Shown here piece by piece: positions 14,751 to 24,450 of a stretch of 64,000 nt of DNA; position 1 is the stretch's first letter, and every line of letters begins with the position of its first letter. The stretch is from an uncultured Actinomycetes bacterium. Lineage in GTDB: Bacteria > Actinomycetota > Acidimicrobiia > IMCC26256 > DASPTH01. Location: the NCBI GenBank assembly GCA_963809795.1, contig CAWELN010000006.1, positions 398,409-462,408 on the forward strand. The letters run 5' to 3'. The notes beneath the pieces are model-generated. The model searched no databases and was not told where the DNA came from. It saw only the letters and a program-made list of their open reading frames with translations. The position numbers and the translations under genes were made by a program.

Positions 14751-15476
14751 TCAGTCGGGCCGCCGCGCGACAGACGAGAAGAATGCCTCGTAGGCCGCGA
14801 CCAGATCGTCGTCGGAGGGGAGGGTCACCGGATCGACGAGGGTCTTCGCGTGCATCAGCGCGAACTGGCCGGCCCGGGCGATGTCGGAGGCGAGCGCGGC
14901 GACGAACGCGTCGAGCTCGGAATCGGGAAGCGCACGGTTTACGAGTCCGTACCGTTCCGCCATCGCGCCGTCGAACGGCTGCGAACCGAGGATGACCTCG
15001 AGCGTCCGTGCCCGCCCGATGAGCGCAGGGAGTCGGGGCACGGCGCCGCCGCCGGGGCCGTAGCCGACGTGGACCCCGATCTGCTGGATGGACGCCCGCT
15101 CGAAGCTGGCGAACCGAAGATCGCACGCGAGCGCGAACTCGTTGCCGCACCCGAGGGCAACGCCGCGAATGACGGCGATGCTCACTACGGGCAGCCTCGC
15201 CAGACGCACCGTGAGGTCGAGCCAGGGCGGCAACCCGGTCGGACCCGGCTCCGACGGTGTGTCCGCGGCACGGGTCATGTCGTAGGGGCCGAGGAAGTGT
15301 TCCGGGATCGCGCTGTCGAAGACCACGACCTTGACGTCCGGATCGGCTTCGAGCTGCCCGACGAGCGCCTGCAGCTTGAGGATCATCTCCGGGTCGACTT
15401 TGTTGAGGGGCGGGTTGTCGAACGTGACCAGCCACAGCTCGGGACGTTCGACGGTGACGGTGAAGCTGTCGGGCAT
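14751..15476 (-). CDS. Enoyl-CoA hydratase/isomerase family protein
   Basis: FDNPPLN, G.GNEFALACDLRFAS, PGGG, GRARTLE; GAGGAG RBS. Confidence 0.85.
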   Translation of the reverse strand: MPDSFTVTVERPELWLVTFDNPPLNKVDPEMILKLQALVGQLEADPDVKVVVFDSAIPEHFLGPYDMTRAADTPSEPGPTGLPPWLDLTVRLARLPVVSIAVIRGVALGCGNEFALACDLRFASFERASIQQIGVHVGYGPGGGAVPRLPALIGRARTLEVILGSQPFDGAMAERYGLVNRALPDSELDAFVAALASDIARAGQFALMHAKTLVDPVTLPSDDDLVAAYEAFFSSVARRPD

Positions 15477-15716
15477 GGCGGTCTCCTCGTTGGTCTTGGA
15501 ATCCGCGTGGCCCCTGGCCTCGTGCCCTGAGGTCGGGATCGAGCGGACCTCGCGTAGCAGTTGCTCAGCGAGCTCCCGGCACTCCGGGTCGTCAAGTTAT
15601 CTCGGTGACGGTTCGAGCTTTCGGGTGGCGGCAAACCGTTCTCGCGCGGCGCCGAACGATCAGGCCCGCTAGCTTGCCGACGGTCCCTTCCGGTCGCGCG
15701 GTACCGAGGTTCGACG

Positions 15717-16466
15717 ATGGCGGAGACGACGGCCGACGAGAAGCGCCGGCGGATGCAGGCGTTCAGCTGGTACCACACCGTGGACCTTGGCGATGGCGTC
15801 CTGACCCCTGGTCAATACGATCATCGCGATGTGCTCGCCAGTTACGGCATACCTGCCGTTCTGGCCGGAAAGACGGTGTTGGATGTCGGGCCAGCGCACG
15901 GATTCTTCGCATTTGAATTCGAGAACCGCGGCGCAAGTCGCGTTGCAACGCTCGAACTGCCGACTTGGACCGCCCACGATGGCAGCCATGCGCTGAAAGC
16001 CGCTTTTGAGGACGACGCGGCGGACGAGCACCACGAGGCATACCTACACGACGCCTTGCGCTTCGCCATACAGGCCCGCAACTCGCGAGTCGAGCAGCTC
16101 TTCGGCAACGTCTACGACTTGGCTCCCGAGACCTACGGCACCTTCGACGTGGTCTTCTGCGGCAGCATGCTCCTCCACATCACTGACCCGCTCCGAGCGC
16201 TGTACGCCATCCGCAGCATCACGACCGAGAACGCTCTGATCGCGACCTCGATCGACGCCAGCCGGTGGAGACGACGTACCCCCCGAGCCGTCTTCTATGG
16301 CCAAGTGGATGGTCAGACCTTCTGGGCGCCGAACATGGCATGCCTCGAACGATGGGCACTCGCCGCCGGATTCGCGCGGGTCGATCGGGTCTCGGAGTTC
16401 CGTCTCCGAACCGTCGACGGACAGTTCGACCAGCCCCACGGAGTCATTCGAGCCTGGGTGAAGTAG
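15717..16466 (+). CDS. Class I SAM-dependent methyltransferase (CmoB/DUF1698-like)
   Basis: WYHTVDL, GKTVLDVG..HGFFAF, FDVVFC...LLH..DPL. Confidence 0.8.
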   Translation: MAETTADEKRRRMQAFSWYHTVDLGDGVLTPGQYDHRDVLASYGIPAVLAGKTVLDVGPAHGFFAFEFENRGASRVATLELPTWTAHDGSHALKAAFEDDAADEHHEAYLHDALRFAIQARNSRVEQLFGNVYDLAPETYGTFDVVFCGSMLLHITDPLRALYAIRSITTENALIATSIDASRWRRRTPRAVFYGQVDGQTFWAPNMACLERWALAAGFARVDRVSEFRLRTVDGQFDQPHGVIRAWVK

Positions 16467-16683
16467 TTCATCAGCCGGTCGGCGGCGCCCTGCGGAAGCC
16501 CGACGGTGTACGCGGGAGCACGTTCGTCGTTCCAAACTGGCGGATGCGGTTGGATGGCGACCGTATCCTCGGACCGGCCCCTGCGGGCCACGGATCACCG
16601 GAAATCGGACCACGCGTCCTCGATGATGTCGCGCCGCCGACCAAGGATCGGCCGAGAGACCAAGAACTGCAAGGCGTTGCAAC

Positions 16684-16756
16684 GGGGCCGTAGCTCAGTG
16701 GTCAGAGCAGGGGACTCATAATCCCTCGGTCGAAGGTTCGATCCCTTCCGGCCCCA
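16684..16756 (+). tRNA. tRNA-Ile2 (CAT, lysidine-modified)
   Basis: Cloverleaf with anticodon arm GGGGA-CTCATAA-TCCCT; resembles the ileX type and lies downstream of rpoD; elongator Met is less likely. Confidence 0.85.
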
Positions 16757-16757
16757 C

Positions 16758-17354
16758 GTGCCGAGCTCACCTCCACCCGCGGGCCCCGGGGGCCGCAGCA
16801 GCCTGCCGCCGGTCGAACGGCGCGGGCTCGTCGGCCGGCGCGAGCCGGTGGCCATCGTTCTCCGGGAGCACGACCCGGCGTGGGCGCAGCGCTTCGCGAT
16901 CGAACGGCAGAAGATCCACGCCGCGCTCGGAGACCGGGCGCTCGTGGTCGAGCACATCGGCTCGACGTCCGTCGTCGGTCTCGCAGCCAAGCCCATCGTC
17001 GACATCTGCCTGGCGGTGCCGGACTCGTCCGACGAGGCGGCCTACGTGCCCGATCTCGAGGCGCTCGGGTACTCGATCCGGGTCCGCGAGCCGGACTGGC
17101 ACGAGCACCGAATGTTGCGGACTGCGGCCCGCGACGTCCATCTCCACGTCTTCACCGCCGGTTCGGGTGAGATCGAGCGGCACCTGCTGTTTCGTGACCG
17201 GTTGCGCCGCGACTCCGCCGACCGCGCGCTCTACGAGTCGACGAAGCGGGTGCTCGCGCAGCAAGAGTGGGAGTCGATGGACGACTACGCCACCGCCAAG
17301 AGCGATGTCGTCGAGGAGATCCTGGCCCGGGCGCGGCGCGCCGAGTGGGAGTGA
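16758..17354 (+). CDS. GrpB-family protein
   Basis: EHIGSTSVVGLAAKPIVDI, HLHVF, HLLFRD.LR, Y..AKS. Confidence 0.9.
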   Translation: MPSSPPPAGPGGRSSLPPVERRGLVGRREPVAIVLREHDPAWAQRFAIERQKIHAALGDRALVVEHIGSTSVVGLAAKPIVDICLAVPDSSDEAAYVPDLEALGYSIRVREPDWHEHRMLRTAARDVHLHVFTAGSGEIERHLLFRDRLRRDSADRALYESTKRVLAQQEWESMDDYATAKSDVVEEILARARRAEWE

Positions 17355-17563
17355 GGTCCCGGACGTGCGCCACGATCTACCGCGCCTTGCTCGGGACGGG
17401 CACTCACCGGTACGTCCTCTCCTCCGGTCGGCGCGATCGGGCATCCTGCCGGGATGGCATTCTCCCTCGACGGGCTGGTTCTGCTGCGCCGAGCCCACCG
17501 AGCTGCAGTTCCAGCGGTCCGGCGCCACCGAGGTGTCGTTCCAAAGTCGTTGCTAGCGCCGGC

Positions 17564-17610
17564 GCAAGCACATCCGCTTGCACCCGTGCTTGCGCCCGTG
17601 CAAGCACGGG
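17564..17610. promoter_or_regulatory. Cluster of GCAAGC/GCTTGC half-sites including the 11-bp perfect IR CCCGTGCTTGC-N6-GCAAGCACGGG; putative RHH operator
   Basis: Four hexamer copies read directly; function is inferred. Confidence 0.45.
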
Positions 17611-17653
17611 CTCCGGAACAACAATGTGCGCGCGGCGGCGCGACCGAGCGGCG

Positions 17654-17954
17654 ATGGATGTCACAGGGCAGTCGTATGGTCGGACCATGTCCGCCGCGCA
17701 ACCACGCCGCCGAGAGCGGCGTGTCGCTGAACGCCATCGCGGTGCAGGCGCTCGCGGCGGCTGCGGGGCCCGAGTTCCTGCGTGACGTGCGCGCCGGCGG
17801 CACGCCGTCGTCGGTGGGCGACGAACGCCGAGTGTTGGAGCGTCCATCGGCCGACCGGATGCACCCGATCGTCACGCAGTACGTGAGCTACTGGGTCGAC
17901 CGGTTGGGCGGGGAGGCGACGTCGCGGGTCATCCTGTCGATCTTCAAGCTCTGA
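17654..17954 (+). pseudogene. Degenerate HicB/Arc-like ribbon-helix-helix protein
   Basis: HAAESGVSLNAIAVQAL resembles the RHH helix-turn G.SLN motif; the N-terminus is not cleanly in frame. Confidence 0.4.
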
Positions 17955-18915
17955 GGCGGTCCATCACCCGGGCGCACTCGACGCCGTCGCGGAACGTCGG
18001 CTCGCCGTCGGGGACCTCCCCCGCACGCACCGCGTCGCGTACCACCTCCGCCCAGGCCCGCATCGGCACCAGGTGCGGATCTTCGACCGGCGCGTCGAAG
18101 GCGAAGACCTGGGTCGAGCCTTCGTGCGTGCGCAGCGTGATGCGCTGGTCGCCGACCGACTCGAGCACGCCGTCGGACCCGAGCACGGTGATGCGCGTCG
18201 GGACCGGCGCGGGCGTGACGAACGACGTGTCGATGGTGACGCTGGCGCCGCCCGCGGTGCGCATCCACGCGGTGAACGCGTCCTCGGCGGTGCACTCGAA
18301 CCGGTTGCCGTCGCGGTCCGGCCGTTCGGTGACGGTCACCCGGGTGTGCGCGCCGGCGTCGGTCAGGTCGCCGAAGGTCCAGCGCAGGAAGTCGATCGCG
18401 TGCGAACCCCACGCGCCGATCCAGCCGCCGCCACGCGACGCGTCGAACAGCCACCCGTACCAGCGCAGCGGGATGCGAGAGCCGGCCGCGAACGCGCTCC
18501 ACTGCACGTGCTCGACCGTTCCCACCACACCCTCCTGCACGAGCTCGCGGAGCCGAGCGCGTCCCGGGTGGTGACGGAACTCGAAGTTCAGCAGCGCGAC
18601 CACGCCCGCGTCGCTTGCAGCCGCTTCCATCGCGAGCGCATCGTCCTCGTTGCACCCGAACGGCTTGTCGCACAACACGGCCTTGCCCGCCTCGACCGCG
18701 GCGACGACGAGCTCGCGGTGGCAGAACGGCGGCGAGTGCACCGCGACCACATCCACGTCGTCACGCGCCAGGAGCGCACGCCACGCCTCCTCGTCCCGCG
18801 GTGACACGACGTCGACGACCTCGCACCCCTCGGTCGCGGCGAAGACCGGCGCCACCACCCGCCGCCCGAAGCCCCGGCCGATCACGCCGACCCCGACCGT
18901 CGCCGTCGTCCCCAT
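17944..18915 (-). CDS. Gfo/Idh/MocA-family oxidoreductase
   Basis: VGVIGRGFG, VLCDKPF, GGGWIGAWGSHAID. Confidence 0.9.
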   Translation of the reverse strand: MGTTATVGVGVIGRGFGRRVVAPVFAATEGCEVVDVVSPRDEEAWRALLARDDVDVVAVHSPPFCHRELVVAAVEAGKAVLCDKPFGCNEDDALAMEAAASDAGVVALLNFEFRHHPGRARLRELVQEGVVGTVEHVQWSAFAAGSRIPLRWYGWLFDASRGGGWIGAWGSHAIDFLRWTFGDLTDAGAHTRVTVTERPDRDGNRFECTAEDAFTAWMRTAGGASVTIDTSFVTPAPVPTRITVLGSDGVLESVGDQRITLRTHEGSTQVFAFDAPVEDPHLVPMRAWAEVVRDAVRAGEVPDGEPTFRDGVECARVMDRLRA

Positions 18916-19080
18916 CCGCCCGCTCCTCGCTCGACCGCCGCTCCTGCGCGGCGAAGGTACTCCTGAGCGGCCGCTGAGCGGCGCGGTGACAGGACGGCCT
19001 GCCGGGGCGTCTACGCTTCCCCCTGGTGCTTGCTCGCCGGGCAGATGGTCCGCCGACCGAGTTCGGATGGGTTGTCCGCA

Positions 19081-19788
19081 ATGGGCGAGAGGGTCGCCGA
19101 TCGGCCGGCGTGTTGGATGCTCGTGCCCGCGGGCCGCGCCCACCACGACCCGGACGCCCCCCGACCGTCCCGTATCCCCTTGCTCCTCGCCGTGGCGCGT
19201 CGGGGCATCCCGGATCTGCTCGAGTCGACCATCGTCCCCGCGATCCTCTTCTTCGTCCTGGTGAGCACCCTCAACGCTGCCGTGGCCATGGCCGCGGTGC
19301 TCGCCTGGGCCTACGGCGCGCTGCTGCGCCGGATCGTGCGGAAGGATCGCATCCCCTCGCTGCTGGTGCTCGCCACGGTGGGCCTCACCGTGCGCACCGT
19401 GGTCGGGCTCCTCAGCGGGAGCACGTTCGCCTACTTCGTCCAGCCCGTCGCGACCACCGTGGTCCTCGCCGCCGTGTTCCTCGGCTCGGCGGCGATCCGG
19501 CGGCCGGTGATCGCCCGCGTCGCCCACGACTTCTGCCCGTTCGCGGCCGAGGTCGCCGACCGACCCGCGGTGACCCGTCTGTTCGGGAACCTCACCATGG
19601 TCTGGGCCGGCGCCCAGCTCCTCACGGCCGGGATGACGTTGGCGATGCTCGTGAGCATGCCGGTCGCCATGTTCGTGGCGTTCAAGACGGTGGCCGCGCT
19701 CGGGATCTCGGTGGCCGCGGTGGTCATCACGATCTCGCTGGCGCTGCGCACGGTGCACTCCGAGCAGCTGGTGTTCGCCCCCGCCTGA
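19081..19788 (+). CDS. VC0807-like integral membrane protein
   Basis: About 6 TM helices, YFVQPV, RP..ARVAHDF, LT.VW. Confidence 0.65.
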   Translation: MGERVADRPACWMLVPAGRAHHDPDAPRPSRIPLLLAVARRGIPDLLESTIVPAILFFVLVSTLNAAVAMAAVLAWAYGALLRRIVRKDRIPSLLVLATVGLTVRTVVGLLSGSTFAYFVQPVATTVVLAAVFLGSAAIRRPVIARVAHDFCPFAAEVADRPAVTRLFGNLTMVWAGAQLLTAGMTLAMLVSMPVAMFVAFKTVAALGISVAAVVITISLALRTVHSEQLVFAPA

Positions 19789-19857
19789 CCCGCCGCCCGC
19801 ATGGGTGCGGAATGCACCCATTGCCGCCGGCTCCGGTGCACCGTACCGTCGCCTGAA

Positions 19858-19874
19858 TTGCAATCCCGTCGCAT
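19858..19874. promoter_or_regulatory. Putative Nur box TTGCAA-N5-TCGCAT
   Basis: Resembles the Streptomyces Nur consensus tTGCaa-N5-ttGCAA; ends 27 bp upstream of nikM; a Fur-family gene is in the same operon. Confidence 0.6.
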
Positions 19875-19901
19875 TTGGCGGGTGGCGACTCGGGGGGCGG
19901 A

Positions 19902-21029
19902 GTGCACATTCCCGACGGCTACCTCAGCCCCCAGACCTGCGCGGTGATGTACGGCGCCGCCGCGCCATTCTGGGTGGTTGCGGCGCGGCGGGTGCGCAGG
20001 GTGGTCAAGACACGTTCCGTCCCGCTGCTCGCGCTCGGCGCCGCGTACTGCTTCCTCGTGATGATGTTCAACGTGCCGGTGCCCGACGGCACCACCGCGC
20101 ACGCGGTCGGCGCGGTGTTGGTGGCGGTGCTGCTCGGGCCATGGGCAGCGGTGATCGCGGTCAGTGTCGCGTTGGCCATCCAGGCGCTGTTCTTCGGCGA
20201 CGGCGGCGTCCTCGCGTTCGGCGCCAACTGCTTCAACATGGCGGTGGTCATGCCTCTCGTCGGCTACGCGCTCTACCGCGCGATCGCCGGGCGCGTCGCC
20301 CTGACGTCGCCTCGGCGCGCCCTCGCGGCGGGTGTTGGCGCCTACGTCGGCATCAACGCGGCTGCGCTCTTCGCCGCCATCGAGTTCGGGCTGCAGCCGG
20401 ACCTCTTCTACAAGACGACGGCGAATGGTGGCCACGTACCGTTGTACGCGCCGTTCCACCTGTCGCAAACCATCCCGACGATGCTCGGCGCGCACCTCCT
20501 CGTCGCCGGCGTCGTCGAGTTCGTCCTGACGGCCGGAGTGATCGCGTACCTCCAACGGGCGAACCTCCCGATCCTCCGGATCAACCACCCACGAGTGCCC
20601 GACGCGGCCGGCGAGCGCATTGGCGATGACGGCCGCGACGTCGCGCCCAGGCCTCGGCTCCGCGGCATCCTGATCGGGCTCGGGGCCCTCGTCGCCCTGG
20701 TTCCCCTCGGTCTGCTGGCGAGCGGCGGCGCGTTCGGCGAGGACAGTCCCTCGAATCTCGACCTGAAGCAGTACGGCCTCGACGCGGTGCCGACCGGGCT
20801 GCAGAAGTACAGCGACTTCTGGTCGAGCGCGCTGCTTCCGGGCTACGACGTCAAGCACGGCTCGCAGCCGAACCTCGGCTACTACGCGTCCGCCATCATC
20901 GGCACCGTCCTCATCGTCGGCGTCGTGTTCACGGTGTTCCGCGTCGCCGCCCTGCCTCGGCGCCGGCGCGGCGGCCGCGACGGTGACCGCACGGACGCCC
21001 ACGTCGAACGCGACACGGCCGGCGTGTGA
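19902..21029 (+). CDS. nikM: Ni ECF transporter substrate component, NikMN fusion
   Basis: GTG start gives MHIPDGYL (Ni-type N-terminus); TTAHAVG, GDGG; C-terminal PDGLE-like region. Confidence 0.9.
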   Translation: MHIPDGYLSPQTCAVMYGAAAPFWVVAARRVRRVVKTRSVPLLALGAAYCFLVMMFNVPVPDGTTAHAVGAVLVAVLLGPWAAVIAVSVALAIQALFFGDGGVLAFGANCFNMAVVMPLVGYALYRAIAGRVALTSPRRALAAGVGAYVGINAAALFAAIEFGLQPDLFYKTTANGGHVPLYAPFHLSQTIPTMLGAHLLVAGVVEFVLTAGVIAYLQRANLPILRINHPRVPDAAGERIGDDGRDVAPRPRLRGILIGLGALVALVPLGLLASGGAFGEDSPSNLDLKQYGLDAVPTGLQKYSDFWSSALLPGYDVKHGSQPNLGYYASAIIGTVLIVGVVFTVFRVAALPRRRRGGRDGDRTDAHVERDTAGV

Positions 21030-21979
21030 TGGGCACCGCCGACGTCGCGACGACCGGGACCGCCGGGCGCCTCTCGCCCGACTGGCTGTTGCGGGGCGAG
21101 ATCGGACTGTGTCCGTGTGGCTGCGTCGGAAAGCGGCGACGCGGTGGGTTCGTGGCGAAGACCCTCCGCGGGGTGTCCGGGTTCGTCCGCCGCGCGATGT
21201 TCTCCGACGACGTCGCCGCGACGCCGGGCCTGCTGCAGCGGCTCGACGCCCGGGTGAAGGTGCTCACGCTGCTCGGTCTCCTGGTCGTGGCCGCGTTCTT
21301 GCACTCGATCGCCGCGCTGGCAGCGATGTACGTCGTCGCCCTCGCGATTGCGTCGGCGAGCCGCCTCTCCATCAGGTTCTTCGTCGCTCGGGTGTGGCTC
21401 TTCGTGCCCGTCTTCACCGGGATCGTCGTGCTCCCCGCCACGCTGAACCTGGTCACGCCGGGCACGATCGTCGTCCCCTTGGGCCACTGGTTCGGCGGCC
21501 CGGTCGGACTGACCGCTGAGGGCCTGGAGTCGGCGGGGCTCATCGTCATGCGGGTCGCGGTGTCGATCTCGCTCGTCGTGCTCCTCACCGTCACCACGCC
21601 GTGGACGCGGTTGTTGCACGGGCTCCGATCGCTGCGGTTGCCGACGACGGTGATCCTCGTGCTGGCGATGGCGTACCGGTACCTGTTCCACCTGCTCACC
21701 TCGGTCGAGGACATGTACACGGCCCGCCGTGCGCGCACCGTCGGCCCCGACCGCGATCTGGGGAACGGGCGGAGGTTCGTCGCGGCGTCGGCGGGGGCAC
21801 TCTTCGGGAAGGCGCACGGGCTCTCGGAAGAGGTGTACCTGGCGATGGTGGCACGGGGGTTCACCGGCGACGTCCGGCTGCTGGCCCCCGAACGAGTGAA
21901 GCGGCGCGACCTGGCGTGGTGCCTCGCCTGCTGTGCCATCGGCCTCCTCCTGTTGTGGGGTGACCATGTCCTCCGCTGA
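21029..21979 (+). CDS. nikQ: Ni/Co ECF transporter T component
   Basis: LDARVK, MAYRYL, AMVARGF. Confidence 0.9.
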   Translation: MGTADVATTGTAGRLSPDWLLRGEIGLCPCGCVGKRRRGGFVAKTLRGVSGFVRRAMFSDDVAATPGLLQRLDARVKVLTLLGLLVVAAFLHSIAALAAMYVVALAIASASRLSIRFFVARVWLFVPVFTGIVVLPATLNLVTPGTIVVPLGHWFGGPVGLTAEGLESAGLIVMRVAVSISLVVLLTVTTPWTRLLHGLRSLRLPTTVILVLAMAYRYLFHLLTSVEDMYTARRARTVGPDRDLGNGRRFVAASAGALFGKAHGLSEEVYLAMVARGFTGDVRLLAPERVKRRDLAWCLACCAIGLLLLWGDHVLR

Positions 21980-22793
21980 GCCGCGGTCCACGCCGCTCCT
22001 GGAGTGCCGCGACCTCGAGTACTCCTACCTCGGGCGGTTCCCCGCCCTCGACCGCGTCTCGTTGACGGTCGAGCGGGGGGAGAGCGTCGCCCTCCTGGGT
22101 GCGAACGGCTGCGGGAAGTCGACGCTGCTCAAGCTGCTCGACGGTCTCCTGTTCCCCGACGCCGGCGCCTACCGTGCGTTCGGCACCGACGTCACCGAAG
22201 ACCACCTGGAGGACGACCAGTTCTCGCGCGCGTTCCGGGGCCGCGTCGGGTTCATCTTCCAGAACTCCGACGCCCAGGTGTTCTCGCCGACGGTGCGCGA
22301 CGAGGTCGCGTTCGGACCCTTGAACATGGGCCTCGAACGCGACGCGGCGGAGGCGCGCGTCGACGACACGCTCGCCATGCTGGACATCACCGGGCTCGCC
22401 GATCGCCCGCCGTACCAGCTCTCGGGCGGCGAGAAGAAGCGGGTCGCCATCGCATCCGTCCTCGCGATGAACCCGGAGGTGCTCCTCTTCGACGAGCCGA
22501 CCGCCGCCCTCGACCCGCGTACGCAGCACTGGATGGTGGAGCTCATCGCCGAGCTCCACGACGTCGGCCGGACGATCGTGCTCGCGACCCACGATCTCGA
22601 GGCGGTCCCACTGGTCGCCGACCGCTGCGTGGTGCTCGACGAGGACCACCGGGTCGCGAGCGACGGCCCGACCGGCGCGGTGCTCGAGGACGTCGCCCTG
22701 CTCCAGTCCACGAATCTCGTCCACGCCCACGCGCACTTGCATGCCGGCGCAGCCGCGCCGCACGCGCACGCACACGACTCGGGGCACCACTGA
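21966..22793 (+). CDS. nikO: ECF transporter ATPase with His-rich tail
   Basis: GANGCGKST, LSGGEKKR, DEPT; tail HAHAHLH...HAHAHD..HH. Confidence 0.92.
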   Translation: MSSAEPRSTPLLECRDLEYSYLGRFPALDRVSLTVERGESVALLGANGCGKSTLLKLLDGLLFPDAGAYRAFGTDVTEDHLEDDQFSRAFRGRVGFIFQNSDAQVFSPTVRDEVAFGPLNMGLERDAAEARVDDTLAMLDITGLADRPPYQLSGGEKKRVAIASVLAMNPEVLLFDEPTAALDPRTQHWMVELIAELHDVGRTIVLATHDLEAVPLVADRCVVLDEDHRVASDGPTGAVLEDVALLQSTNLVHAHAHLHAGAAAPHAHAHDSGHH

Positions 22794-22794
22794 C

Positions 22795-23232
22795 GTGGCG
22801 GCGTCGCTCGTCGAGCGGACGCTGGCGGAGATCCGGGCCGGTGGTGGGCGGGTCACGCCCGCACGGCGGGCGGTGTTGGCCGCCATCCTCGATACCGGCG
22901 GTCACCACTTCACCGCGGCGGAGATCTTCGCCGCGGTCGACGACGCCCGGCCCCGACCCGACCGCGCCACCGTGTACCGCACGCTCGATCTCCTCACCGA
23001 GCTCGGCGTCGTCACGCCCCTCCAGCTCGACGGCGACGCGACCGTCTACCACCGCGCCGACCACCGGCACGGCCACCTCGTGTGCACCGGTTGTGGCGCG
23101 ATCGCCGAGCTCCCGGAGGCCGCGCGGCAGCTCCTCGCCGGGTCGGTCGAGGACGAGACCGGGTTCGTCGTCGACACCGGACGGGTCGCGATCGCGGGCT
23201 GGTGCCGCGCGTGCGCAGGGAAGGACCTCTGA
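22795..23232 (+). CDS. Fur-family regulator (Nur-like)
   Basis: RVTPARR, TVYRTLDLL, HGHLVCTGC, C-terminal CRAC. Confidence 0.88.
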   Translation: MAASLVERTLAEIRAGGGRVTPARRAVLAAILDTGGHHFTAAEIFAAVDDARPRPDRATVYRTLDLLTELGVVTPLQLDGDATVYHRADHRHGHLVCTGCGAIAELPEAARQLLAGSVEDETGFVVDTGRVAIAGWCRACAGKDL

Positions 23233-23576
23233 TGCACGAGCTCGCGCTCTGCCAGGCCATCGTCGACACGGTGACGCGCCACGCCGACGGGCACCGGGTG
23301 GAGCGGGTGGAGGTGCGCATCGGCCACTTTCGCCAAGTCGTGCCCGACTCGTTGCTGTTCTCGTGGGATCTCCTCGTGGACGGCACCGAGCTGTCGGGCT
23401 GCACGCTGGCGATCGACCACGTGCCCGCGGTCGTCGAGTGCGGCGCGTGCGGGGGCTCGACCACGCTCGACCTGCCGATCCTGATGTGCGGCACGTGCGG
23501 CAGCACCGACGTGGAGCTGGTGAGCGGTGAGGAGTTCCTCATCGCGTCGATCGACCGAGCGAAGGAGGTGTGTTGA
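23232..23576 (+). CDS. hypA: Hydrogenase Ni metallochaperone HypA
   Basis: MHE N-terminus, two CxxC, SGEEF. Confidence 0.95.
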   Translation: MHELALCQAIVDTVTRHADGHRVERVEVRIGHFRQVVPDSLLFSWDLLVDGTELSGCTLAIDHVPAVVECGACGGSTTLDLPILMCGTCGSTDVELVSGEEFLIASIDRAKEVC

Positions 23577-24364
23577 TGGGTCGGTTCCATCGTCACGCCG
23601 ACGGGACGGTGCATACGCACGACCACGAGCACGACCACGAGCACCGCGACGTCGGCGACCACCGGGGCTACGTCGACACCGGCAACGAGCGGGTGGCGGT
23701 GCTCGAGACCATCCTGGCCGAGAACGACCGGACCGCGGACGAGAACCGGTCGGACTTCGCCGCCGCCGGCGTCGTGACCGTCAACCTGATGTCGTCACCC
23801 GGCGCGGGCAAGACCACGCTGCTCAAGCGCACGATCACGATGCTCGGGTCACGCCTGCGCCTCGGCGTCCTGGAGGGCGACATCGCGACGAGCCTGGACG
23901 CCGACGAGCTCAGCGGCCTCGGCGCGCCGGTGGCGCTCGTGAACACCGCCGCCGGCTTCGGTGGCGAGTGCCACCTCGACGCCACGATGGTTCGGTCCGG
24001 TCTCGGCCGGCTGCCGCTGCGCGACCTCGACCTGCTCGTGATCGAGAACGTCGGCAACCTCGTGTGCCCGGCGGAGTTCGACGTCGGTCAGCACGCGCGG
24101 GCGATGGTCTCGGCGGTCACCGAGGGCGAAGAGAAGCCGCTCAAGTACCCGGTGATGTTCCGGGCGTGCGACGTCGTCGTCGTCAACAAGATGGACCTGC
24201 TCCCGCATCTCGACTTCGACCTGGACCGGTTCGTGGGCAATGTCCGGGATGTGAATCCCGCGGCCCGTCTCCTCTTCCTCAGCGCGCGCACCGGTGACGG
24301 CCTCGACGAATGGTGCGAGTGGCTGGTCGAGACCAGCTCGAGACACGGAGGGCTCGGGCTTTGA
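23576..24364 (+). CDS. hypB: Hydrogenase Ni-insertion GTPase HypB
   Basis: His-rich N-terminus, SSPGAGKTT, CHLDA, ENVGNLVCPA, NKMD. Confidence 0.95.
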   Translation: MGRFHRHADGTVHTHDHEHDHEHRDVGDHRGYVDTGNERVAVLETILAENDRTADENRSDFAAAGVVTVNLMSSPGAGKTTLLKRTITMLGSRLRLGVLEGDIATSLDADELSGLGAPVALVNTAAGFGGECHLDATMVRSGLGRLPLRDLDLLVIENVGNLVCPAEFDVGQHARAMVSAVTEGEEKPLKYPVMFRACDVVVVNKMDLLPHLDFDLDRFVGNVRDVNPAARLLFLSARTGDGLDEWCEWLVETSSRHGGLGL

Positions 24365-24389
24365 CACCCGACCAGGACCCGAGTACCAA
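24361..24389 (+). promoter_or_regulatory. Possible sigma-70 promoter TTGACA-N17-TACCAA for the PadR-YceI gene
   Basis: Perfect -35 with 17-bp spacing; imperfect -10. Confidence 0.4.
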
Positions 24390-24450
24390 GGTCTCAGGCG
24401 CGCCGGCGTCCGGTCCTCGGACCGTGATCGGTGTCGATGGGGGTGTGGCG

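Noticed and set aside
16684-16756. tRNA-Met assignment
   Set aside because: Paired G1-C72 and no GGG/CCC at the initiator positions next to the loop; the sequence resembles lysidine tRNA-Ile2, although elongator Met is not fully excluded
19789-19901. Cobalamin or NiCo riboswitch upstream of the cbiM-like gene
   Set aside because: Short intergenic region with no B12 box or terminator; a Nur-like box and the MHIPDGY N-terminus explain it as a Ni transporter
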